Shown here: positions 55,223 to 64,000 of the stretch, one piece after another
Layout of the letters: each line of letters starts with the position of its first letter
Numbering within the stretch: the stretch's first letter is position 1
IMG/VR virus record: IMGVR_UViG_3300031555_003155
DNA length: 64,000 nucleotides
Strand: one strand, 5' to 3'
From: a virus
Lineage: Duplodnaviria > Caudoviricetes
Program-made: the position numbers and the translations under genes
Notes under the pieces: model-generated
What the model was told of the DNA's origin: nothing
The model's input: the letters and a program-made list of their open reading frames with translations, nothing else
The model's database searches: none

Positions 55223-56254
55223 TTAGATTAAATCCATTGCAGATTCAAGAATTGACTTAGCGCCAGTTCCAGTTTCAACTGCAGATTCTTTAGCAGGTTT
55301 GAATGTAAGGTATTTCTTAAGAATATGAACATACTGTCTGTATACTTCTTTATACGCCTGCTGTTTAAGTGAATACATGTTCTGTGCAACAGAGATACAT
55401 GCTTTAAGGTTAGTTGCAACTGTACTAACAACACCAGTAATACCTGTTTCTTCGCCCTTGTAAGATTTACCAGCGGATTCAATTTTCTTAATGCAGTTTG
55501 ATAAGTTCTTATCTGCTTCAGCAGCATCTTTCTTAACCGCTTCGATACATTTCTTGAATCCTTCAACGAATGAAATCATTTCTGATTTGCTGTTTCCTTC
55601 GAAGTCTTTAAGTTCAAGTTCTTTATCAATGTTTCCGCGTAAATCTCTAGTAATATCTGCTTTGATATCAGTAATAGCTTTACCGAATACTTTTTCAACG
55701 AATTCAGAACCACTTAACTGAGCAACATCACCTAATCTCTTTTCAAGATCTTCTTTAGTGATTTTATCGAGGTTTCCTAAATCTGTGTTAGTATAACCTG
55801 ATGCTTTCTTAGCAACGTCATCGATAGATTTTTCCATCTTAGCAACGTCATACTTATAACCCTTGTAGTTAAAGCCTGTAGCTTTCTTGTCTTCAAGTTC
55901 TTTCTTGTACTTCTTAATGAACTTTTCACCACTCATGAATTGTACTTCAAGAGTCTTGATAACTTCTTTAAACCAAGCTTTAATTTTAGCCCAAAGCTTT
56001 TTAAATGCTTCAACGATTTTCTTAAAGAAATCACCTACAACATTTTCGAGTAATGCTTCAGGATTTTCAGCACCTTCCATAACAGACTGTTCGATGATAA
56101 CGTCTGATACATAAAGTGCTGCATTTATTTTATACATATCTTCAGCAAATTCATAAAGTATCTGATCGCTGGCTTCCATAGTAGGCATAATTTCTCCAAC
56201 TTCAGGAAGATTTACGTTTTCAGTTAAAACTTTATTAGATGTAAATATAGCCAT
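55223..56254 (-). CDS. abundant internal head protein, paralog of 56285..57325
   Basis: MAIFT start, acidic propeptide with xxE sites, KLWAKIKAWF amphipathic helix. Confidence 0.6.
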   Translation of the reverse strand: MAIFTSNKVLTENVNLPEVGEIMPTMEASDQILYEFAEDMYKINAALYVSDVIIEQSVMEGAENPEALLENVVGDFFKKIVEAFKKLWAKIKAWFKEVIKTLEVQFMSGEKFIKKYKKELEDKKATGFNYKGYKYDVAKMEKSIDDVAKKASGYTNTDLGNLDKITKEDLEKRLGDVAQLSGSEFVEKVFGKAITDIKADITRDLRGNIDKELELKDFEGNSKSEMISFVEGFKKCIEAVKKDAAEADKNLSNCIKKIESAGKSYKGEETGITGVVSTVATNLKACISVAQNMYSLKQQAYKEVYRQYVHILKKYLTFKPAKESAVETGTGAKSILESAMDLI

Positions 56255-56284
56255 GTACTTTCATTCCTTTCTATATACTATTAA

Positions 56285-57325
56285 TTAATCTTTTTTCTGA
56301 TTTTTCTTAGAGAGAGCAGCAACACAGATGCTCTTATATGTGCTTGTTTGCTCATTAACTGCAGATTTCCAAGCATTAATATAGGTATTATTTATTGTTT
56401 GGAATGCAGTGAAAACGGATACTGCCGCATTAAATGCACTCGCTTTAGCAGAACCTAATTCTCCGCCTTCACGATTAGCAGCATTTTCAGCACTCTTAGC
56501 TTTATTAATAATATTATTAAATGCTGCATCCGATGCATTTTGAAATTTCTTAATAGTATCTTTAGCTTTATTTGTTTTAAGCCAGTTAACAACTGCTTTA
56601 ACATCAACAGATATTTTTTCTTTATAATCTTTACCATTTCTAAAGAACATATATAATTCTTTTTGGTAATCTTCTGATTTTATCGCACCAGATTTATGAA
56701 CAGATTCTGCTCGCACCTCATCCATCATTTTATCTTTTTCTTCAGTGAATTCTTTCATAGCCTCTTTTAATTCAGGAATAGCGGATTCGTCTTTAGTATT
56801 CTGAATTTCTGAGATGAGTTCGTTTAAACCATTTTCTGTGTCTTTAATATCATTAACACTTTCATTTGAATCAGTTGTATAAATAAAGCACTCATAATCA
56901 ATCTTACCAACAGCATTTAACTGTTTTTCATACTTCTCAGCAAATTTCTTACCATTTAAGAATAAGCCATCGAAGAATTTAACTACGTTAGCAAAGAATG
57001 CTTTAATCTTAGCCCAAAGCTTAGAAAGCATTTCTCTGATCTTAGCCCAAATGTCTTTTAAAGAAGCTTCTGTAACTTCTTCAAGTTCTTTTTCTGCTTC
57101 TTCGATTTCTTCTGCATCCTCATCAGCTTCTCTCATAGCTGTGATTTTAGCACCAAGCTTCATTTCAGCAAGGTCTAATGCATGCATAGCTTCAATAACA
57201 GCAAGCTGGTCCTCAAAGCATTCAATGCAAGCATCCATATTTCCATTAGTTTCAGCTTCATAGCCTTCAACTACTGGAAGTTCAAAATCATCATAAGTAG
57301 ATGTTTTATTTGTAAATATAGCCAT
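56285..57325 (-). CDS. abundant internal head protein, paralog of 55223..56254
   Basis: MAIFT start, VTEAS site, KLWAKIKAFF; late promoter at 57352-57363. Confidence 0.6.
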   Translation of the reverse strand: MAIFTNKTSTYDDFELPVVEGYEAETNGNMDACIECFEDQLAVIEAMHALDLAEMKLGAKITAMREADEDAEEIEEAEKELEEVTEASLKDIWAKIREMLSKLWAKIKAFFANVVKFFDGLFLNGKKFAEKYEKQLNAVGKIDYECFIYTTDSNESVNDIKDTENGLNELISEIQNTKDESAIPELKEAMKEFTEEKDKMMDEVRAESVHKSGAIKSEDYQKELYMFFRNGKDYKEKISVDVKAVVNWLKTNKAKDTIKKFQNASDAAFNNIINKAKSAENAANREGGELGSAKASAFNAAVSVFTAFQTINNTYINAWKSAVNEQTSTYKSICVAALSKKNQKKD

Positions 57326-57351
57326 TTACTATCATCCTTTCATTATTTTTT

Positions 57352-57363
57352 TATATTAATGTT
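57352..57363 (-). promoter_or_regulatory. late promoter AACA-N6-TA
   Basis: AACATTAATATA. Confidence 0.7.
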
Positions 57364-58354
57364 ATAATAATTGGAAACCAGTCTTATCTGTCTGAACTGA
57401 ATCAGTCTTGATATCTGCTATTTTCCAACCTTCATTTTCTTTCTTAATATCAGTTTTAGACTTATCTTCTGCCATTTTACTGTTTACTTTAACTTTATCA
57501 GCCACGTTTCTCAACTTACCGATTAATTTTTCTTGTTTCTTTATAATTTCATTTTTTTTAGCAGCAGGCAATCCTGCAGCGTTAGCTTCTAAATTATTTC
57601 TATTCAATTCAAGGAACATTGCCTGAGTATTTAAGAAATCAGACAATTTCATTCTTGACTGATAGAAATAAAATATAGCTTCACGAATGATATTTACTAA
57701 TAATATAGAGCCTACTATAATAGCAGCAGGTATTGCTAAACTTACCCCAGTAAATCCTTGTGCACCTGATTTGATAACGGAGTTAATAACTTTAGAAAAA
57801 TCTCCATTAGCAACAGATTTGTTGAATTTATCGAGATTTGTTATAGAAATTCCGCCGATATTAATCTTTGAATTTACAACAGTAAATTCAAGCTTATCGA
57901 CTCTCTTAATATAATCTACAAGAGATACCATTAATAAAGTAGTTGATTCTACACACATAGCAACTAAAGTGTTATATTGTAAAATAATAAAATCTTTATT
58001 AAGTTTAAAACCTTTTTCAAATTGTTCTCGGTATGCTATTATATTTGAAATAGCCTTTTCGATAATACTTAATTCGTTCATTTTAATATTTGAACGAGTA
58101 GCAATATCACCAATTGTTTTTAAAGTTTCTGCCATTGTCTTATATCCGCTATATTTTGTAATATCACCCTTTGAATCAGGAATATCGTCAAAATCTACAT
58201 AAGATTTATCAATAGCAGATTTAAATAATTTGCCAACCATATTATTATTAACGTTATTGAGTTCTGCTTCAGTTAAAGCGAGAACTTCTCTACGTTCCGC
58301 ATATGTGTTTGCATTATCTAACAGAATCTGTATAGCATCATTTTGTGCAATCAT
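57362..58354 (-). CDS. putative virion protein with hydrophobic helix
   Basis: GVSLAIPAAIIVGSILLVNII segment; late operon. Confidence 0.55.
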   Translation of the reverse strand: MIAQNDAIQILLDNANTYAERREVLALTEAELNNVNNNMVGKLFKSAIDKSYVDFDDIPDSKGDITKYSGYKTMAETLKTIGDIATRSNIKMNELSIIEKAISNIIAYREQFEKGFKLNKDFIILQYNTLVAMCVESTTLLMVSLVDYIKRVDKLEFTVVNSKINIGGISITNLDKFNKSVANGDFSKVINSVIKSGAQGFTGVSLAIPAAIIVGSILLVNIIREAIFYFYQSRMKLSDFLNTQAMFLELNRNNLEANAAGLPAAKKNEIIKKQEKLIGKLRNVADKVKVNSKMAEDKSKTDIKKENEGWKIADIKTDSVQTDKTGFQLL

Positions 58355-58376
58355 TATTCCTCACACCTCCTTAAAC

Positions 58377-59750
58377 TTAATTTCTATTAATAGCTTTAAG
58401 CATTTCTTTAAACTTTCTTTCGCTATTAGTATTTTCTTTTTCTAAGCCAGAGAATGAAACAGACTGGAATTCTGATTGTCCATCAAATAAGAAATGAGCA
58501 ACCTGTGCAGAATTATCTACAACAACGAATCCTAATAAGAAAAATGTTTCCATAATCTTATTTGTAAATAATGGGTTGAATAAGTCATAACCATATTCAC
58601 TCTTAAGAATTTCAACTTCTTCCATAGATATAACTATTGTTGCATTAGGAAGAATTCTTTCTTTAGAGAACATTGAATCTTTCAATTTAGCCAATGCTTT
58701 TCTTCTCTTTAAAGTAATCCACCAAGGAGATGCACCTTTACTTCTGTTGACAACATCATCTTTCATTTCTTTTACTCCGAATAAGAAGTCTTTAAAGAAA
58801 GAAATTTCACCAGTTGTCCATCTTAAGAAGTTAAATGCTTTATTATTATTCTTGCATGCAATATTCATGTTAACTATCATTTCATCAGATTTGATAGGAT
58901 GCATTGTACATTTTACACCAAGAATAAAATCAACAGTACCATTATCAATATCTTTATCATTAATTAATTTGAGACGAATATGTAATGTAGTTGCAATCAA
59001 CTCATTGGCTTTTTTAACATCATTATCTTTTAATACATTCTGTGGAAGTGTAAATGTACCATCCTTGTGATTCCAATTTGGTTTAGTCTTATTAGAATCT
59101 GAGTCAACGCCTAGTTTAATAAGAGTGACTTTATCCTTTTTATCTGCAGATGGTTCGGGGTCGGAAGCGTCTTCAAATGCTTTATTAAATTTAGAATTAT
59201 ACTTTTTACTTAATTCTGGATTAGTAAAATTATAAATAGCTTCAACCTTAGGAGTATACTTATTATTAAGTATATCTTCTCTAACATCTTCCATTAAATC
59301 GATAAGTTGGTCTCTATTGCTAGCTACAATTCGATTAGTAGCTCCTTCATAGGCGGCACCATAGATAATAAAGTTTTCATTCTCAATAACATCATATGAT
59401 TCTAATGATAATGAACGCACTGCATCAAATTTATTAAACTTGGTTGGTGTATTCTGATGGAACTTTTTAAGATATTCTGCAATATTCTTATTAGCATCAG
59501 TGTCCATAAGATTTGATAAACTTAACACAACTTGCACAAAGGTCGCATAATTACGTTCGAGAGCCTTTGTGATAATTTGCATAGTTTCAATATCTAGGGT
59601 TCTACTAACTAATACGGGAAACTGCATAGTTCCTTCAGATGCACGTCTTGCAATAGAAGCACTATCTTGTTTAGATAATTTATCTTTAAGATCATCTTTT
59701 GCTGTTCCAATATCTTTCACAGTATCGACGATTTCACGAAAAATACCCAT
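58377..59750 (-). CDS. putative virion structural protein
   Basis: 457-aa ORF; late promoter at 59783-59794; internal SLES/AYEG/AFED sites. Confidence 0.55.
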   Translation of the reverse strand: MGIFREIVDTVKDIGTAKDDLKDKLSKQDSASIARRASEGTMQFPVLVSRTLDIETMQIITKALERNYATFVQVVLSLSNLMDTDANKNIAEYLKKFHQNTPTKFNKFDAVRSLSLESYDVIENENFIIYGAAYEGATNRIVASNRDQLIDLMEDVREDILNNKYTPKVEAIYNFTNPELSKKYNSKFNKAFEDASDPEPSADKKDKVTLIKLGVDSDSNKTKPNWNHKDGTFTLPQNVLKDNDVKKANELIATTLHIRLKLINDKDIDNGTVDFILGVKCTMHPIKSDEMIVNMNIACKNNNKAFNFLRWTTGEISFFKDFLFGVKEMKDDVVNRSKGASPWWITLKRRKALAKLKDSMFSKERILPNATIVISMEEVEILKSEYGYDLFNPLFTNKIMETFFLLGFVVVDNSAQVAHFLFDGQSEFQSVSFSGLEKENTNSERKFKEMLKAINRN

Positions 59751-59782
59751 ATTATATCTAACCTACCTTTCTTTGTCGTATT

Positions 59783-59794
59783 TATTTATATGTT
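59783..59794 (-). promoter_or_regulatory. late promoter AACA-N6-TA
   Basis: AACATATAAATA. Confidence 0.7.
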
Positions 59795-59875
59795 TAAAGG
59801 GGAAAAAAATATCCTACACCAAATAAACTATAAATTATAACAATTTCCATCATAGATAGAAATAGTTATTAATAT

Positions 59876-60103
59876 TTATCGTTTATTACGTCGATAATAT
59901 GCTTTTAAAGATTCTTGTGCTAATTCTTCATCACTCATATTTTCTCGACGTTTTTGTTTTTCTAATTTTCGTTTTTCAATTTCATCTCTTTTGTAATCTT
60001 TTAAATATGCTTTTATTCCTAATGCTTGTATGCCCATAAGCACACAATCTAAAACTTCGTCTGTTAAATCCAGACCATTTTCGTAGACTCTATAATCCCC
60101 CAT
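59876..60103 (-). CDS. small hypothetical early protein
   Basis: 75-aa ORF; early motif at 60230-60239. Confidence 0.6.
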   Translation of the reverse strand: MGDYRVYENGLDLTDEVLDCVLMGIQALGIKAYLKDYKRDEIEKRKLEKQKRRENMSDEELAQESLKAYYRRNKR

Positions 60104-60229
60104 AGAACCTTCATCTCCTTATTAAAAATTCATAATCAGTCATTATACTATATTTCTATTGACCGATTCACAAAACATTGCGGGATGAATTTTAATGCAA
60201 GTATTATATATTTACTCTACATTGAATAT

Positions 60230-60239
60230 ATAATATATA
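60230..60239 (-). promoter_or_regulatory. early-type promoter motif TATATATTAT
   Basis: Upstream of 59876..60103. Confidence 0.55.
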
Positions 60240-60270
60240 TCCGTATTTTTTCTTTATTTTTTAGCCGAGA

Positions 60271-60282
60271 AACAACTATATA
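60271..60282 (+). promoter_or_regulatory. late promoter AACA-N6-TA
   Basis: AACAACTATATA. Confidence 0.7.
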
Positions 60283-60310
60283 AGATTGAAAAATAAAGAG
60301 GTGATACTAA

Positions 60311-61849
60311 ATGGCTAAACGATTACGAGTAGTTTTCAAAAAAGTTAATGGAGATAATACTGGTTACTATACTCGTCAAGGTCCAGGTAAAACTTATCCT
60401 ACAGATGGTATACATTTTATGAGAAATTGTTCTGATGGTAAAACCTTTTATTGTGAACCAGAATCAGCAGGTAATGGTTATTATAAATTAATAGACCCCG
60501 CATCAAATGGAATAACTGTTTCTGCGGGTAAAGAATGTTATTCATGGTTGAATACAAGTTTTTGTGATTGGAGTGAAGAGGAGTACGAAGAACCTCAACC
60601 TCCAGCACAACAAAAACCAATTGTTTCAGATAATCCTGCCCAAAAGGTATATCAACCTAAACCACAAGCTAGAAGTGGAAATACAAATTTATTTGGTGAT
60701 ATGAATGCAGATACCGATGTTTGGCATTCTGGTAAAGGAGTATATACATCCGCTAAATTAAAACGGAATCAGGTGCGTGCATATCAATATTTGAATCAAG
60801 ATTATAAAGATACGAATGATAATTTACCATCATTAACAAAAATAAATCGCTCATCGTTTTACAATGATTATAGTGATTTATTAGATAATATGAGTATTAT
60901 TAGAAAAAATTTAAATATAAATGATTCAGCATCTAATCTGGTTGATATTAAATATAATATGGTTAATAGATTTGATAGATGGAAGGTTGCTCATCCCGAT
61001 ATTCAATTAACTAAATCATTCGCATATGTATTCTTTACAAGACCGGATTTAAATATATATGACCATTTAAGCTATACAGAAATGAAGCTTATTGATAGAG
61101 TTAGCAGAGACCCTGTATTTTATTATTTAGACAATAATAATAGACAGTTATTGAGATGCCTAACGAAAACATTTTCAGGTTATCATGATTTTAATCCATT
61201 TCTATCAAATATGGCAACATCATTTGAATTATCTGATGAAACTATTGATACAATTGAAACTGGCGAAACATTTACAGGTTATAAAGTTATGTATGGAAGG
61301 CATAATATAAAGTCTCGAACCGCTGGTACATTTAACATTTCATATGTAGATGATAATGAATATAAAGTATATAAAATACATCGTGCATGGGTTGACTATA
61401 TATCTAAAGTATATAGAGGCGAATTTGAAGCTAGTAAAGGCTATATTAGAGAGCGTATGTTGGACTATGCATGTTCAGTATATTATTTCCTTTGTGGTGA
61501 AGATGGGGAAACTATACTATTTTGGTCTAAATATACTGGAGTATTTCCAACAGCAATACCATCTGCAACATCGTCATGGACAAAAGGAAATACATTAAAA
61601 ATGCCCGAAATTAGTGTACCATATACATATTCATGGAAAGAAGATTTTAACCCTGTATCATTAGCTGAATTTAATAAAAACGGATTATCTAGTGGGCAAA
61701 ATACATTTGACTATATATCTACTTATGAACCAGAATTATTAACAACTGGTAAAACATTTACAGGTTCTCCATTTGTAGAAACATCTAAAAATGCTGGGGG
61801 CGACTATATATTCAAATTAAGATTTAGAGTCCCGAAAGATAATAACTAA
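60311..61849 (+). CDS. baseplate/tail tube initiator-like protein (tube fold) with small N-terminal accessory domain
   Basis: VFFTRPDLN, WVDYI, KYTGVFPT tube-like pattern; N-terminal TRQGPGKTY is SH3b-like; precedes baseplate wedge. Confidence 0.55.
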   Translation: MAKRLRVVFKKVNGDNTGYYTRQGPGKTYPTDGIHFMRNCSDGKTFYCEPESAGNGYYKLIDPASNGITVSAGKECYSWLNTSFCDWSEEEYEEPQPPAQQKPIVSDNPAQKVYQPKPQARSGNTNLFGDMNADTDVWHSGKGVYTSAKLKRNQVRAYQYLNQDYKDTNDNLPSLTKINRSSFYNDYSDLLDNMSIIRKNLNINDSASNLVDIKYNMVNRFDRWKVAHPDIQLTKSFAYVFFTRPDLNIYDHLSYTEMKLIDRVSRDPVFYYLDNNNRQLLRCLTKTFSGYHDFNPFLSNMATSFELSDETIDTIETGETFTGYKVMYGRHNIKSRTAGTFNISYVDDNEYKVYKIHRAWVDYISKVYRGEFEASKGYIRERMLDYACSVYYFLCGEDGETILFWSKYTGVFPTAIPSATSSWTKGNTLKMPEISVPYTYSWKEDFNPVSLAEFNKNGLSSGQNTFDYISTYEPELLTTGKTFTGSPFVETSKNAGGDYIFKLRFRVPKDNN

Positions 61850-61868
61850 TAAAGGAAGTGAGTTATAA

Positions 61869-64000
61869 ATGGATAAAAATTATTCAAGTATATATAGAAT
61901 AAAAGATTTTGCAGTCAATGAAATTGCACCAAAATACTTCAATATGGAACAAGTTAACGATTTAAATATCGGTCTTTTGGGTTACACTACAGAATTAGTA
62001 TCCAATTTAACTGAAGATAACTTTAATACTGTAACAACGTATATGAATGAAATGTTTCCAAACCTTGCAGTATTACCCGAAAGCATATATAGTTATGCAT
62101 CATTATTCCAAACCGATGGTTCATTTGCAACATCATCAGAATTGGATATGATGATATTTTTAGCAGAAGACGATATTATTAGACATGCTACACCTGTTGG
62201 CGGTTCTCAAACATCAAATGATAAATCGTTTGAATTCTTTTTAGATTCCAATATGATTATTGATGTTGAAGGTATACAATTTATGCCAGATTATGATATA
62301 CGAATATCGTTTATGCCACATCAGAATGATTACATATTTACGGCAGCGTATAATATGAGCAGATATGGAACATCTTTCGATAATACCATAAGCAATATAA
62401 CTAATCCATATATACGAATAAAACGAATATATTATAATAAAGTAAAATATTTAATAATGCTTATAAAAACACATCAAGTTAATAGATTTATTCAGACAGA
62501 AAATGTTTTGAGTAATGATATAATTAACACACCAACATTTAATATCGAATTTGATAATCAATTAGCATCATTTGAGATATTCTATAAAGACTCATCGACT
62601 GGTAGAACAACTCAGTTGATAAAAAGATTAGCTGGAACAACTGCATTAAAAGAACCATTCTGTTATTATAAAATAATAGATGAGAATAGACTAGAAATAT
62701 CATTCTCTAATAGAGATAATTATTTCCAACCAAAATTTAATTCAGAATTATATATTGAATATTATATGACTTCCGGCGAAGATGGTAACTTCCCGTTGTA
62801 TAATGGCACAAATATAACTGTTATTCCATCTTCAGACACATATGTATATAATAACAATATAGTGGTATTTGCAATACCTCAATCTGCGAGCGTTAATGGA
62901 AAAAATAGATTAACTTTGGAAGAATTACGGCGAATAGTTATAGAGAAATATTCAACAGTAGATTCATATACAGATGAAAATGATCTTCAAATGTATTTTT
63001 CAAGTTTTAAAGAACTATCCAATACTGATATATTATTTATTAAAAAACGGGATGACATATTTGAACGATTATTTACAGCATTTAGTTTATTTAAAAACTC
63101 TAATGATGATATATTTCATACAAATACACTCAATATGAAATTATTACCAGGGTTAATAAATAATGATGACACTAAAGGGAGTTTTGACATAGAAATTGCT
63201 CAAAATGGAATATATATATTAAAGCCCGGACATATGTTTGAGTATGCTGATGGAATGTATGATACAATTTTGCCTATAAATCAGATGCTACCAAACGCTA
63301 TAGAAAAATTACCAGATAAACCATTTTTATATACTAACCCATTTTTGATTTACTTCTCAAAATCACCAGCAGTAGTTGGATACTATCTCAATACAGTAAA
63401 TAATAATTATATTGTAGACTATGAAGAAGTTAATAATACATCATTCGTTCAATTTATATGCAATTCATTAACAGTTCAACGTAATGCCATACATGGTGAA
63501 AATACATATAAAATAACTATAATGGTTACACCAACAACAGAACTGACTGATATGAATCCGATTGTTGTTATGGATGAAGATGGTAACTACACAGAAGAAA
63601 ATGTAAATTTAAAAGTTAGATTAGCTGTAACTGAAGATTCTTTATCCACACCAACTTGTTATATCGATTTAAAGTTAACTAATGTGAATTTAACAGATAA
63701 TATATACACATATACTGGAGAAATAGAAACCAATGATGTGATTATGATTGGAAATGGTAATAAACTAGGTGTTACAAATATGAAGGAATGGGATAGTGGT
63801 GATGACAATCCGAATTTAAATATTCCTATGACAGACTGTAAAGTATTAATATATACTCAATATAGATATTCAGATGATACAGAGTTTATAACTACTAACA
63901 CATACTCAACAAATACAAATAGAGTTACTTTTGTATATCCTATAAGTATGATTAGGAGTAGATCGTCATATATAAATACCGGAGATGCATCCGAAGATTA
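61869..64000 (+). CDS. baseplate wedge protein (T4 gp6-like), truncated at window end
   Basis: ATG 61869 after AAGGAAGTG; MDKNYSSIY...NEMFPNLAVLPESIYSYA and YYMTSGEDGN resemble gp6/J-like wedge motifs; absent from the ORF track, consistent with running off the window end. Confidence 0.7.
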   Translation, partial: MDKNYSSIYRIKDFAVNEIAPKYFNMEQVNDLNIGLLGYTTELVSNLTEDNFNTVTTYMNEMFPNLAVLPESIYSYASLFQTDGSFATSSELDMMIFLAEDDIIRHATPVGGSQTSNDKSFEFFLDSNMIIDVEGIQFMPDYDIRISFMPHQNDYIFTAAYNMSRYGTSFDNTISNITNPYIRIKRIYYNKVKYLIMLIKTHQVNRFIQTENVLSNDIINTPTFNIEFDNQLASFEIFYKDSSTGRTTQLIKRLAGTTALKEPFCYYKIIDENRLEISFSNRDNYFQPKFNSELYIEYYMTSGEDGNFPLYNGTNITVIPSSDTYVYNNNIVVFAIPQSASVNGKNRLTLEELRRIVIEKYSTVDSYTDENDLQMYFSSFKELSNTDILFIKKRDDIFERLFTAFSLFKNSNDDIFHTNTLNMKLLPGLINNDDTKGSFDIEIAQNGIYILKPGHMFEYADGMYDTILPINQMLPNAIEKLPDKPFLYTNPFLIYFSKSPAVVGYYLNTVNNNYIVDYEEVNNTSFVQFICNSLTVQRNAIHGENTYKITIMVTPTTELTDMNPIVVMDEDGNYTEENVNLKVRLAVTEDSLSTPTCYIDLKLTNVNLTDNIYTYTGEIETNDVIMIGNGNKLGVTNMKEWDSGDDNPNLNIPMTDCKVLIYTQYRYSDDTEFITTNTYSTNTNRVTFVYPISMIRSRSSYINTGDASED

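Noticed and set aside
1290-61598. The many 60-170 aa antisense or nested ORFs in the track (e.g. 5148..5570, 31438..31944, 45930..46406)
   Set aside because: They lie opposite or inside well-supported genes, lack RBSs, and show the S/I/L/F-rich composition typical of shadow frames
1-64000. Stop-codon reassignment (as in some gut jumbo phages)
   Set aside because: Long genes are uninterrupted in the standard code, and TAA, TAG (e.g. 6421, 15164) and TGA (e.g. 8044, 51671) all end genes at sensible positions
1-64000. CRISPR array, tRNAs, rRNA
   Set aside because: No regularly spaced repeat-spacer run or cloverleaf seen by eye; intergenic gaps are short and explained by promoters and terminators. 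tRNAscan was not run
1-64000. Phage nucleus genes (chimallin, PhuZ tubulin)
   Set aside because: No tubulin GGGTG(S/T)G motif or recognisable chimallin here; absence from the rest of the genome cannot be judged

Overview
An AT-rich 64-kb segment of a jumbo myophage genome of the AR9/PBS1 (phiKZ-related) type, probably infecting a Gram-positive (Bacillota) host. It holds most head and tail morphogenesis genes: portal, terminase, major capsid protein with a fused Ig-like domain, prohead protease, internal head proteins, sheath, tube and baseplate. It also encodes two fragments of a split multisubunit RNA polymerase beta', an AR9 gp226-like promoter-specificity subunit next to a phage chaperonin, a family B DNA polymerase split into two divergent genes, a primase and RNase H. 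Two promoter classes are readable in the intergenic DNA: AACA-N6-TA (16 exact copies, mostly before virion genes) and TATATATTAT (11 copies, before non-structural genes). The most unusual elements are (i) a 1123-aa late protein whose enzyme-like modules are separated by clusters of prohead-protease-type Glu sites, a candidate virion-packaged processed polyprotein; (ii) a full-length but catalytically degenerate SHMT homolog under an early promoter; (iii) a dead ATPase-domain paralog of the terminase directly upstream of terL; and (iv) an unannotated -1 frameshift extension of a tail/baseplate chaperone. All family calls come from motif recognition by eye; no database searches were run.
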